A stretch of 64,000 nt of DNA from Octopus bimaculoides. Its lineage: Eukaryota. The notes beneath the pieces are model-generated. The model did no database searches, was not told where the DNA came from, and saw only the letters and a list, made by a program, of their open reading frames with translations. The position numbers and the translations under genes were made by a program. Positions 14,081-27,179 of the stretch are shown piece after piece. The first letter of the stretch is position 1, and every line of letters begins with the position of its first letter. The stretch spans positions 58,900,383-58,964,382 of the forward strand of contig NC_068990.1 of the NCBI RefSeq assembly GCF_001194135.2, in the 5' to 3' direction.

Positions 14081-16105
14081 TGCTTGCCTAAATATTATGT
14101 ATAAACTGTACGCAATTGCCTCAACCAATTCCTCCAGGACCATTGTGAGTCGAACAACATTGTGACTGATGAACAGGCTGGTGGAAAGAAGGGAGTGTGG
14201 GGATGTGCCGAACAACTTTTAATAAACAAAGCCGTACTGTCTGAAGTAAGAAAACAACGCAGAAACCTTGTGACATTATGGTTTGACTATAAGAAGGCAT
14301 AATTGTTTCTAATAGTATCGGCATTTCAAAGGGAATATTCCAGGGAGATAGTCTTTTTGTATGTCTTTTCATTTTGGCACTGAATCCATTATTGTTCCTG
14401 CTGCAGGAAACAAATGGTTACATGCTAGGGTCTTCAACTGCTAGAAATATCAATGTAACTCATAATTTCTTTGTAGACGATTTATACTAAAAGTGTTAAC
14501 AATGCCAAAAAGAAACTGGAATTAATAACATTTTCAGCTGATATAGGCATGGAATTTGGCCAAAAGAAATGTTCATATTTGGTTATAGAACGAGGAAAGT
14601 CAGTACCCCAAACCCAAAATCTGTGCATCAACGGTCTCTCTACCTCCCCCATTCTACAGAAAGAATGTTACAAGAACCTAGACATAGACGAAAATGTATC
14701 ATATGAAGACACTGTGAATAAAGATAGAGTGACCCGAGAATATTACACCAGAATCAGGAAAATATAGCAGTCGGAACTCTCCTCTTACAACAAAACAATA
14801 TTCTACAATGCATTTGCAGTACCAGTGCTGATCCCAACATTTGGGATACTTGATTGGTCTGTAGAGGAAATCCACATAGGTATCAAAACACGCAAAATCC
14901 TGACAACAGGGAACTTCCACAGAAACAATGATGTTGACAGGCTCTACCTAAGAAATGAAAGTGGTAGAGGCCTGAGATCAGTGCAGATGGCCTTCGAATG
15001 TCGTATGATATCACTCAGGCAGCATCTGCTAAACAACAGCAGCAAAAATAAATATATTAATGCAGTGCTGAAAAGCGAAATGAGCAACATTGTACGAGTT
15101 GGCAGTGAGCTCCTCATGAAGCACTCTCTTCCTGATGATCTATACAGCCTCAAAACAGCTGGGCTCTCTTACCTCAGAGAAGACCTGGATGGAAAGCACT
15201 CGGCATAAAGAAAAAAAAACATGCATGGGTATGTTGCCAGGAAGCTTAAAGACAGTAGAATTGACACGAAGCGCAGCCTATTTTGGACACAAGACCACTA
15301 CACCACATTACACTTTGAAGGCTATGCGTTTGCAATCCAGGAACAGGGGATTGCCACAAAGTACCTGGTGAACAAGAGAGACAGTGATGCTCTTGTAAAC
15401 CCAAGATGCAACCACATGTGTAGGCTACGTCATGTTTCTGTGGAAGACATTACGCTTGTGATTATCGGCTGTCCTAAAATGTCGTCACGGTACTATCTCC
15501 CTATGCGGCACGATGTTGTTGCTAAAACAATTTACAATACCATCCTCAAGAAAGACTGTTCTGAAATAAATTTAGAAAATCGTTCTGCTTTGGAATACAT
15601 TCCTAAACACCAACTCGAGGAATACTGGTGGAATATTTCCATCAAAACTTTTGTCAAATGTAAACATAACAGGCCGGATATTGTTGCTTGGGACAGAGGG
15701 GCAAAGGTATGTACCATCATAGAGGTTAGCTGCCCTGTAGATATAAATATCTCTTTGAAAAATCAAAAAGGGTATCTACGAACAACTGCTTCGAAATCTC
15801 GCAGCTTCTATATTCAGATTATGAATTCATATTCATGCCAATAACCGGAACACTAAGTTTTGTTAGTAAAAGCTTAAAAGAGAATCTTGGTAAAGTGGGA
15901 TTTTCAGAAAGAGAAACTGACCGGCTGATTCGTGCATTACAAGTGCAATCTGTGAGTGGAACAGTAAAAATATGCAAGACTTTTCTCAAGTTCCAAATGT
16001 GAATTTGTCTGTGTTAACTACATCCCGAAGATGAAGCTTTGTTTCTTTGTTGGAAACCGGCTCCCTCCTCAGTGGAAGATTTCTAATAATTAAAAAATAG
16101 AAGAG
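14079..16105 (+). mobile_element. 5'-truncated, decayed RLE-type non-LTR retrotransposon (R4/Dong-like)
   Basis: Broken frames give RT motifs (EQAGGKKG, FDYKKA, GIFQGDSL, FVDDL), then C-x2-(C)..H..GC zinc knuckle and HNRPDIV...IIEVSCP restriction-like endonuclease; flanked by (CATA)n. Confidence 0.88.
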
Positions 16106-17407
16106 ACATACATACATACATATTATTTAATAACCATTTGTTTCTGCCTCATGCAACCAAAAGTTTCATAGGCTCGTCACATGAAACTAGCTATGGTTTT
16201 CCTGTCATTTTCTGCATAATTATAATTATAGGTCGGCATAATCAATTTACAAATGCTGTCATGCAGTTAACAACTGCCTGTCTATGTTTATTTTATTAAA
16301 CTTTCATTAGCTTGATCATAACATTTCCTGTAGCCAATCCTTGTTTGTTTGCATTCCATCTCGAATCATTTGATGTTGGATTGGTGGAACTTCTTATATT
16401 TACTCCCTATAAATTATGGTGGACATTCAATAGGAAGTATTGAAGCACTTATATATGACAGAAAGGTAGCTTGTCTATCAACATTTTAATTTTCTTTCAA
16501 AATATTCTGTTACTTTCTGTTCGTGTTTTTCCAACAATATTTGAGCAAACATTTAGGCATGTATAAATATGAGTTTATCTAGTTATGGGAAAAGAGCGAC
16601 TAGGATGCAGTTTAACATGTGTAGTAACAGTCAAATAAACAGCAGTATTCAGTCAGGTCGGAAATAATCCTTTCTACTATAGGCACAAGGCATGAAATTG
16701 GGGCCGGAGGGTGGGGTAGGTGATTACATCGACCCCAGTATGTAAGTGGCACTTATTTCACTGACCCCGAAAGGATGAAAGGCAAAGTCGGCCTGTGCGG
16801 AATTTGAACTCAGAACGCAGCGACGGGCGAAATACAGGTAAGCATTTCGTCCAACGTGCTAACGATTCTGCCAGCTCGCCACCTTAATCAGCTCAGCTCA
16901 GAAATAATGATACAGATCTAAGGACCAGCTACTGCAGCGAAGAGGATTCGAACCCAAATCCACATTTTTATTAATTGTCAAACAAATTTCGGGTCTTTTA
17001 TTTTCTCCTCTCTGCACTTAGAAATTAATGAGGATGAGTTGACATCTGAGACTTTCTCCAGTCATGGAGGAGTTAGATAAGTCTAGAGAAACCTTAACCT
17101 ACTATAATCGCCAAACTTGATAAATACCAAGAGAAATGTCAAGTCTATCTCTTTGGTACAGGCAACGCCAAACAATTGACATAGGCCGATTTCTGGTCAG
17201 AGTGACGCGCGAGAATAGAATAATCACTCTCTCCATTTTTAAAGGCACTTTCACTCAGTCTCGTTCACTAGCAATACAGTGATGGAGCTAGCTCCCACAC
17301 AGAATGATCACACAGAAAACACCATACTGCACTTACAAACAATGTGCACTCGGGACGACGTCGTTTATTTCATATTGTAACTACATTGTAATCAACTAAA
17401 TAAATGG

Positions 17408-17643
17408 TCATCTTCATAAGCAATTAATTGTTCTTCAGTCATTCATTTCTCCGCTGCAGCTTCATCATCATTCAAACATCATCGTTACACATATACAGTG
17501 CCATATTTACTATTGTGCTTAAGCACACCTAAGCACAATAGTAAATCTGGCACTGTATATGTGTAACGATGATGTTTGAATGATGATGAAGCTGCAGCGG
17601 AGAAATGAATGACTGAAGAACAATTAATTGCTTATGAAGATGA
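17408..17643. repeat. Near-perfect palindrome (114-bp arms, 8-nt loop)
   Basis: Arms 17408-17521 and 17530-17643, one mismatch seen. Confidence 0.95.
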
Positions 17644-17959
17644 ACTGTTACTGAATATCTCTCTTGTTTCCTAGTGCTAGCCACAATATGTTGGCAAAAA
17701 GCCTTTACTTTATAAGCTTTTACTTTACATATATAAAGTAAAGGCGCAGGAGTGGCTGTTGGTGTGTTTACGTCCCTGTAACTTAACGGTTCCGCAAAGG
17801 AGATCGATAGAATAAGTACTAGGCTTAAAAAAGACAAATAAGTCATGATGTCAATTTGTCCGACTAAAACCTTTCAAGGCTGTGCTCCAGCATGACCACA
17901 GTCAGCTGACCGAAACAAATAAAAGAATATATATATATATATATGAAAGAACTTTTCCC

Positions 17960-18181
17960 CTACCACCTCCTCTTCCGGTCTTTTCACAATGTAACCTCGT
18001 GGGCATCGGTACCATTTTCCTCTTTCTCCGTTCTTCCATTCTCCGAACTTTCCATCTTTCCGACGAAGGGCTACGCCCGAAACGTCATACACTCTCTCTT
18101 TCCTTTCCTGAGCGTCCAATTACACTATCCGTATCACGTCCTCACTTTGTTGTTTTTTTGTTATTGTTTTTTGGAACTTAT
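17960..18181 (+). mobile_element. Hammerhead-motif repeat, copy 3
   Basis: CTTT CCGACGA AGGGC TAC GCCC GAAAC GTC at 18056-18086, followed by CTGAGCGTC. Confidence 0.62.
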
Positions 18182-21055
18182 NNNNNNNNNNNNNNNNNNN
18201 NNNNNNNNNNNNNNNNNNNNNNNNNNNNNNNNNNNNNNNNNNNNNNNNNNNNNNNNNNNNNNNNNNNNNNNNNNNNNNNNNNNNNNNNNNNNNNNNNNNN
18301 TCATAATGAGGGACACAATAAAAACACTCAAGTAAAGAATTTTTGTTACTCGAAACATTTTTTTGTGCTCGTGGTTCGATTCGGATTTCTTGGGGTTAGT
18401 TGTCCAGGTTATAAAAGTTCTGCTTTTTTTTCTTATTTGTTTCGGGATAATGTTGAAAAGAGCAGATCCGTATGTGAGAAAAAATTATGTGCCACGATTT
18501 ATTTAAGTGCTGTGAGTTAGATTATAACAGAGGTTCTTAGAGAGTGCGGGATCCCAGCTATAATGAATTTTAAACTTGGTGCTAAGATCAGCTAGACAGC
18601 GCTTGTGGCTCTCCATAAAGTCACTAATTCTTCTTCTCAGCACCCTCCCATATATCTTTATGGATATGAAAGGTGGGTGAGATCAGTTGGTAGTTTCGTA
18701 CGAGCAGCTTAATTCCGTTTTCGAAAACTGAGATGACAAACTGCATGAAAAAAGTTTTCAATTATATTAGCATCCGTCTCGCAAATTTCTTCAGAAATTA
18801 GCAAGAAGAGGTGTAATTTGATGTCAGTACTCCTTCAAGGTACAAACAAGCTACTGCCGAGAAAGTAAAACTAAATTTTAACGATGTAAAATTAACAGCA
18901 TAAGTGAAATTTAATGGCGTTGAGCTGAACTCGAAACTACCTCGCAGGTTCGGATCACCAGTATCTTTTCTCTTCTTCTTTAATGCTGTGGGGTTTTAGT
19001 GATCATAAGATTCAATTTGATGCCCACTGTGCAAATGGATTATCTTAATAGTACTTAACTAGCGAATCTCGGAGTTATAGTATTACACTAATACTAATAT
19101 ATTATTAACTAAATATATAAAATCACGTGATGCGATTGAAAATACGTTTAATAATCTTGCGGTTCTTTTGTATTTAGTTTAAAAGCATAATAGTCCAATA
19201 CATTGTTAGTATAACGATTGGTTAGAATATCAAAATACTTTTGACAAACGGTGTATCATGTATAGTTGTTACATTACTGAAACTTTATGCATAAAGCCAG
19301 AAAATTTATTGTAATTTGGGTTTCCATTTTCATAGATTTAAGATTATCAAACTTATAAATGGAAATCCGATTTGGTTGAGCAAATCATTTGGGGGCAAGT
19401 TTTCATTACAATTGACAAACGATCAAGTCACTCGAAATCAGGGAATTCCAAGTGAGGGAATAATTTGAAGCCTCTTGTGGGCCTCTGATTGAACCAATCA
19501 AAGTCTTCTTCGGTAGCTTTCTGTTCGATAACAACCAATAAGAATCCACTTTAACTGGAGCAGTTTCAAGAAAGGCTAATTAGATTTTCAGCTATGATAA
19601 TAAGTTCATCTTTAACCATTGAACAAGTTACGTTCTACTGCGGCTACTGCCAAGGGGAAAGAATGCTGAATGACTTATTAAAACTAATATTATGTTCCCC
19701 GAAGTTCTATTGACGTGAAACCAACATTACTTAGAAATCGGGAAAATTATAATATTATTCAAGTTTAAATATTCATCTGTTTTATATTAAAATATTTTTA
19801 TATTTACATTTAAAATAAATGTAAACTATATGCTGAGCAAAAGTCGTGTAAGGATTGCACTAAAAATAAAACAACCACAGGAGACCATTTCTCTGATATC
19901 TTTTTGTTATTCTTGCTACATTTCGTCCTCTTCGCGTTTTAAGATAGTATCGTAGTTTTAGCTACGGATTGGAATCCTAAAATCTTCATATCCACCTTGT
20001 TCAAGGTTCACAAAAATTTATTTTATTTTGTGTGTACAGCTGCATAATTAAACCTTAACATACATTGTGCCTGTATTCAGTGTGTGTATGTAAAACAAAT
20101 AAAATTGAATACATAAAAAGAAATCCACCCGAGAGAAAGGAAATACAAGAAAATATTTGTTGCTCGGTGTTGCTGTTGAAACAAGTTCAAATTTCACCGC
20201 TGTCAACCTTTCCTTTCGTCCCACCGAAATCAATAAATGAAATACCAGGGAAATACAGCGGCCGATGATATCAACTCACACTCTCCCTACAAAACTATTG
20301 GGTTCTGTACCTAAATTAGAAACAAACTAAGGAAAAAGTTAAAAAATAAACTGCTCCATTAATAAAAAGAAGAAGAAAAAAACTCCGAGACTTTGTTTAT
20401 ACAAAATGGTAGAAATTCTCGTGATTTTGAAAAGTGAAAATCTCTTTTACTTGTTTCAGTCATGTGACTGCGGCTATGCTGGAGCACCACCTTTAGTCGA
20501 GCAATTCGACCCCAGGAATTATTATTTGTAAGCCTAGTACTTCTTCTATCGTTCTATTTGGCCGAACCGCTAAGTGACGTGGACGGGCTTCTTTCAGTTT
20601 CCATCTACCAAATCCACTCACTTGCCAAAGGTGCCACGCAGTGGAACTGAACCTGGAACCATGTGGTTGGGAAGCAAGCTTCTTACCACCTAGACCATTC
20701 TTTCACTATGGACCGCTTTGATTCCTTTTTACTCTGCTGGACCCCCATAGCCATTCAGAATCTAATAAAAAATCCTATTATATTTTTGTAATTAAATATC
20801 ATTAGGAACTGTATAAAAAGAAATGTTAATATTTTGTGTATTGTAGAAGTATAAGCAATTTATTGCGCATAAATTTCAACAACAAAATCTTATTTGGACC
20901 CCCAGGGATCATGTGGACCCCAGTTGAGAACCACACCAGTAAATCAAATAGGAAATTTTTAATGATCTGTAAACAACTTCCTTGCCGACTGCGCGAGAAG
21001 TTTGAACACATTTTGAGCTATTAATAAAAAGGAAAAAATGTCTTTTGAATTAGAT

Positions 21056-21208
21056 CATAAGTTCTTAAAGTGTGCGCTACCCCCCCCCCCCNNNNNNNNN
21101 NNNNGGTGGGCGTTGAGACGGTCCAGGTGGACGCTGGTGCTTAAGGGGGCATAGAAAACAGTGGATTGGGGGACGCTATGAATTTATTATAATATTATTA
21201 TATATATG

Positions 21209-21249
<41 letters not shown>

Positions 21250-21615
21250 TTCTGTGTTTGTCCTCCTAGCATTGCTTGACAACCGATGCTGGTGTGTTTA
21301 TGTCCCCGTCAATTAGCGGTTCGGCAAAAAGAGACCGATAGAATAAGTACTAGGCTTACAAAGAATAAGTCCCGGGGTCGATTTGCTCGACTAAAGGCGG
21401 TGCTCCAGCATGGCCGCAGTCAAATGACTGAAACAAGTAAATGAGTAAAAGAGTATTGTATACAAATTATGTATTATATTAAATATCAAATGATTCATAG
21501 TATATATAAATTAGAAAAATATAAAACATGTATTTATACATAAAAATAGGGGTGGGGTGCTGAGGGTATTACGTGGCCATGAGGGGCGTTGGCCCAAAAA
21601 GTTTGAGAACCTCTG
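21056..21615. mobile_element. hAT-type MITE containing a SINE-A 3' half
   Basis: Termini CATAAGTTCTTAAA / TTTGAGAACCTCTG; 8-bp TSD AATTAGAT / AATTAGAC. Confidence 0.75.
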
Positions 21616-24229
21616 AATTAGACAAAATTAGTCAGAAAAATGTCTATTTAATCAGGGTATTAGATAAATGTTCACCAATTGTTGCCCGTTTCGTAGTTGT
21701 TCAATCAGTAATTGGCGGTTTAATGAGCACACAAAAATAATAATAAATAGCTAAATAGTTAATCGTAGATGTGGCTGTTTAAGGTTTTGAGATAAAAGAT
21801 CACAAATTACAGAAAAATGATAACCAAGAGTCTCTACAACAGTCGTTGGCATTCAATGACTCCTCGTCAGATCCAGATCTCCCGGTAAATTATCGAGCAT
21901 ACAAAGTCTTCAATCAAAATTATAGTGTCATCCGACACGCCGTGTCTATAAAAGATGCTGATTAATTTTCAGTGCTATGTTTTGAACCTAATAATTGCAA
22001 TAATTAAAACATTACACTCCATAACCTAAATGCACTTGCTATTACCATTATTTTTATACTCTTATAATGCTTGCATAATTTACCGTTATTTTCAACCAAT
22101 ATTTAAACATCCTGTATGGTGCAAGATCACCCAGAACGATTTAGGTTTTATGTGGCAGACCTATTCCAGGAACGACAGTTATTCTAAGAAAATTGTCGAT
22201 TCAGACGTTGTTAAATAATTAAAAGTAAGTGACATATATATGCTAGTTAAAAAGATAAATTTCGAAAATTATACTCTTAAAGGGCAAAAAACATGAAGAA
22301 AATCTTGACAAACATTTTCAAGTTTATATTTGAAAACAATGTTTTTTTTAATGTGTAAGGTTCGAGAATCTGTTAGAATTAATTATGTCGTTAACGTGTA
22401 ACTACACATCATTTGTTGTTGTTGGCACTCCGTCGCTTACGACAACGAGGGTTCCAGTTGATCCAATCAACGGAACAGCCTGCTCGTGAAATTAACGTGC
22501 AAGTGGTTGAGCACTCCACAGACACATGTACCCTTAACGTAGTTCTCGGGGAGATTCAGCATGACACAGAGTGTGACAAGGCTGGCCCTTTGAATTACAG
22601 GCACAACAGAAACAGAAGGAAAGAGTGAGAGAAAGAGTACAGCAGGGTTCGCCACCATCCCCTGCCGGAGCCTCGTGGAGCTTTAGGTGTTTTCGCTCAA
22701 TAAACACTCACAACGCCTGGTCTGGGAATCGAAACCGCGATTCTATGACCGCGAGTCCGCNNNNNNNNNNNNNNNNNNNNNNNNNNNNNNNNNNNNNNNN
22801 NNNNNNNNNNNNNNNNNNNNNNNNNNNNNNNNNNNNNNNNNNNNNNNNNNNNNNNNNNNNNNNNNNNNNNNNNNNNNNNNNNNNNNNNNNNNNNNNNNNN
22901 NNNNNNNNNNNNNNNNNNNNNNNNNNNNNNNNNNNNNNNNNNNNNNNNNNNNNNNNNNNNNNNNNNNNNNNNNNNNNNNNNNNNNNNNNNNNNNNNNNNN
23001 NNNNNNNNNNNNNNNNNNNNNNNNNNNNNNNNNNNNNNNNNNNNNNNNNNNNNNNNNNNNNNNNNNNNNNNNNNNNNNNNNNNNNNNNNNNNNNNNNNNN
23101 NNNNNNTTTCATCTTTTCGGGATGGATAAAATATATACTAGTTGAGCACTGACGTCGACTTACCCCCATGCTCCACGCCTCCAAAACTGCTGACCTTGTT
23201 CCAACATTTGAAAGCAATATTCTGTAACATCAGAGAACATTATAGAATAGTCTCTATAGTTTGACAAAGGTTTCGTCAAAACAGGTTTGATGGACGATGT
23301 TAACACTGTTTTTATTCTTTTACTTGTATCAGTCATTTGACTGCGACCATGCTGGAGCACCACCTTGAAAGGTTTTAGTCAAACAAATCGACCCCAGGAC
23401 TTTTTTCTTTTTTTTAAGTCTAATACTTATTATATCGGTCACTTTTGCCGAACCGCTACGTTACGAGGACGTAAACACACCAACACCGGCTGTCAAGCGG
23501 TGATGGGGAACAACACAGACACAAAGACGCATACACAGATATATCCATGCATATATATATATATATACACACGACGGGTTTCTTTCAGTTTCCGTCTACC
23601 AAATCCATTCACAAGGCTTTGGTCGGCCCGAAGCTATAGGAGAAGACTACAGGGTGTCACGCAGTGAGACTGAACCCAAAACTATGTGGTTCAGAAATAA
23701 GCTTCTTACCCGACAACCACGCCTATGTCTATCCTGAGTTTGGCTGGCTTTCGAAATAGCTGTCCCACATAAGTTGTAATTACTTTGTTTTGGCAGAGAT
23801 GCCCCTCCCTCATACTTCTGTGTTTTTTATCACACATTTTAAATCAGTGGGAAAGCCTTTCGTTTAACCCATAAAGCGCTAGGATTTGCATGAAAATGAG
23901 ACTACCATGCACACAGAGAAAACAAAAAAATAGTTAAAATATCTTCTTAATATATAATGGTGATAAGCTTTACATCATCTGAAAAGTCATTAGTTGAACT
24001 GTTAGTCCCCTTGCAATTGGGGGTATCGGGGCGTTTGAGTGACATTAGACCCCCAACAAACGCCTATAAATTAAGTGCACTTGTCTGGGCCATAATCGTG
24101 GCCCGTCGCGCTTTATGTGTTAAGAAAAAATGTCTTCGTGCTTTAAGAATTTCAACCACCTATTTATTGATTTTTTTTTCTTTTCTGTTATTTTCGTCAT
24201 TTTATTGTATTCCATATTCAAACACTTGT

Positions 24230-24750
24230 AATTTGCATTAAAAAGACAAATGGGGCTGGAGAGAAGATGCCTGACTAAGGAAGTATATGAAAACAGATGG
24301 AAGATTGTGGAAGAAAGTTGCGTATGGAAGGTTCCTCGTGAATGCGAGATAGGTCACAACCCGGAGCAATGGAAAGGCGGGGTTCGTGAGGTCCGAACTG
24401 AAAACTCGTCCCCACGCCATCTGTAAAATTTTAGTAATTTTTCAGATTAACACCTGCACGATTTTCACTAGGGTGTTAAGGTTTTAGGGTTAGGATTAAG
24501 GTTAGAGTTAGGGTTATGGTTTAGTGTTAGGATTAGGGTTAGTGTTAGTGTGAGGGGTTAGGATTAGGTAATCGTGTGGATGTTAATCTGAAAAATTACC
24601 AAAATTTTTACGTCCTGTATGTTTTTGTTTCATTCGTTCTATACATAATTGTAAATTTTTAAAATCATATATATGTTTTTCATTCGTTCACTGACCCCAT
24701 ATCAGTCGTGTTGTCCCCTCTGTGTTGGCCCCTTGTGGATAATAAAGAAA
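24230..24750 (+). mobile_element. 3' end of an L1/Tx1-like LINE, interrupted by a MITE
   Basis: LKRQMGLERRCLTKEVYENRW resembles an ORF2 C-terminus; tail GTCCCCTCTGTGTTGGCCCCTTGTGGATAATAAAGAAA matches the tail of the 27882-28908 element. Confidence 0.55.
24422..24611. mobile_element. MITE with ~40-bp TIRs enclosing degenerate (TTAGGG)n
   Basis: AAAATTTTAGTAATTTTTCAGATTAACACCTGCACGATT / AATCGTGTGGATGTTAATCTGAAAAATTACCAAAATTTT around ~100 bp of TTAGGG-like units. Confidence 0.8.
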
Positions 24751-26289
24751 TGGTTGTTGTTGTTGTTGGCACTCCGTCGCTTACGACGTCGAGGGTTCCA
24801 GTTGATCCGATCAACGGAATAGCCTGCTTGTGAAATTAACGTGCAAGTGGCTGAGCACTCCACAGACACGTGTACCCTTAACTTGGTTCTCGGGGATATT
24901 CAGCGTGACACAGTGTGTCAAGGCTGACCCTTTGAATTACAGGCACAGCAGAAACTGGAAGAAAGAGTGAGAGAAAGTTGTGGTGAAAGAGTACAGCAAG
25001 GTTCGCCACCATCCCCTGCCGGAGCCTCAGGTGTTTTCGTTCAATAAACACTCACAACGCTCGGTCTGGGAATNNNNNNNNNNNNNNNNNNNNNNNNNNN
25101 NNNNNNNNNNNNNNNNNNNNNNNNNNNNNNNNNNNNNNNNNNNNNNNNNNNNNNNNNNNNNNNNNNNNNNNNNNNNNNNNNNNNNNNNNNNNNNNNNNNN
25201 NNNNNNNNNNNNNNNNNNNNNNNNNNNNNNNNNNNNNNNNNNNNNNNNNNNNNNNNNNNNNNNNNNNNNNNNNNNNNNNNNNNNNNNNNNNNNNNNNNNN
25301 NNNNNNNNNNNNNNNNNNNNNNNNNNNNNNNNNNNNNNNNNNNNNNNNNNNNNNNGAATTTATGTCGTCTCCTTATACCGACACGAAGACGTTTAAAAAA
25401 ATATGGATTAAAAATCAAGCACCACAAGTGGGTGAGTGAAAGACAAAATTAGAATTTGGAAAGAAAGTATGCATAAAATGACAATTTCAGTTGTATAACA
25501 TCTGGAAGAGAATATTTTTTTAACAAGAAAAGTATAAGACCAAAAATCTCGTTTTCTCTCTCTCTCTCTCTCTCGTTCTTTCTTTTTATAGCAAAATTTG
25601 TCGCGGCAGCAGTACATCCTAAGAAAATCCTTATTGAGAGATGAAAAAAAAAAATGGTTTGTAAAATTAAATTATATATTTTTTTTTTTTTGTTGCTGTC
25701 ACAGTTTTTGAAATTTTGATATTAAATGGAAATTTTAAAACTTGGTGTATTGATATAATTATTCACGCCAAATTTGATTTTGTTATTCACTCGTTTCAGA
25801 AAGAATTTACAGAAACCCACCCAGAAAACGGAGTTTGGAAGCTGGCATTTTCTCCGTGACACATGCCTATCACAAAATCAACGACGACGAAAGTTGTAAG
25901 GAGTTTTGAACTTTCAATAAATTTTAATGAATAAAGTCGTGTGAAACGGAGGAACAGACATGTAAACAATTTAAAATGGAAAAATCTGAAATCAATTTTT
26001 TTCTTTTCGAAAAAATACAAGACCATCACTTACAAAAAAAAACTACGTCATAAAAAATTGTATTTACTCAATTGTTTAAAATACTATACAACAAACCAAT
26101 CCAAAATATTTTATTTAAAACTAACATGCATTTGAACATTATTAAAGAATTATTTTTACAAAAGCTAAATGACATAATAGTAAATAGTAATGAAAACCTA
26201 AAACAATTATTTCAAGTTTCATTGAAAACAATGGATTTTTTTCTTTTTTGTAGAGAAAATTCAAGAATGAAAGTTTGAGATACTCAGAA

Positions 26290-26930
26290 AAGTCTGTTAA
26301 ACAAATTACAATTATCATATCGCCTGCGTTACGAACTCGTAGAGATGCGAGTCTACCGTACAGTGATGGGTCCCACAACGTTTATTCCCTCGTTTTACAC
26401 CGACCCATGTGTTTTTTTTGTTGTTTTTTCACAACTTGTTGCATGTGGTACCATCTCTCGAATGATTAAACTCGACGCTGTGGTTCACTATTCTATATTG
26501 AAAATTATAACCAGTTTCTGGAATGTGAAAGTAGGCCCGCCACATGTTACTAAAAATTGTGGTTTCTGGAAGAACCGACTGACGTATGCATTCCTCTTGT
26601 GTGTCGCGATTCCGACATGGCACCACACAAAGAAAATCATGTCTAGTCCCGCGACACCCTCCTCTTCAAACAAACTGCTCAGGTAGCAAGCACCCTTCCT
26701 CAGTTGTATTTGCGTCTTGAGAAGACTGTTTCGTCTATCTGAATTGGGTTGCGGAGCAGGTCGTCGTGCATTTTACGAACACAGCTGTTGTAATCAACAG
26801 CTGTGCAGTGGCTCATCCCCAGTTCTTCAACACAAATCCGAACTTAAGTCAATTCCTTGGCCCATGAGGGAAGGAAAAGCAGTACAGTCCTAAGAGTGCA
26901 ACCTTACAACCGTTGCATCTTTTTCGGAAG
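26290..26930 (-). mobile_element. Decayed Merlin (IS1595/ISXO2-like DDE) transposase
   Basis: Frameshifted translation: IQIDETVFSRRKYN*GRVL ... RQSVLPETTIFSNMWRAY ... VNHSVEF ... GTHHCTVDSHLYEF; TIRs not identified. Confidence 0.8.
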
Positions 26931-27179
26931 CCGGCTAAAATTACTCAAAACTTAAACTTTAAAAGTTAACTTTTTATTTGGCAAAAAATTAGTTTCATTT
27001 CCACAATTAGCATACAAAACATCAATATACTAAATTTTAAAATAATTGGAACAAAATTTTAAAAAATAGAAAACAGTAAAGATCCTTTAAATTTTTTGAA
27101 CTGTCACACTTAGTGTTAATATAGTCTTGCCTTTTTTCAATATAGATTTTAATTTAAAGGAAAATAGCTTTTATAGCAT

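Noticed and set aside
19200-19560. Cluster of CCAAT/ATTGG boxes near a CACGTG
   Set aside because: No associated exon or TSS evidence; 12 kb from the GALNS ATG.
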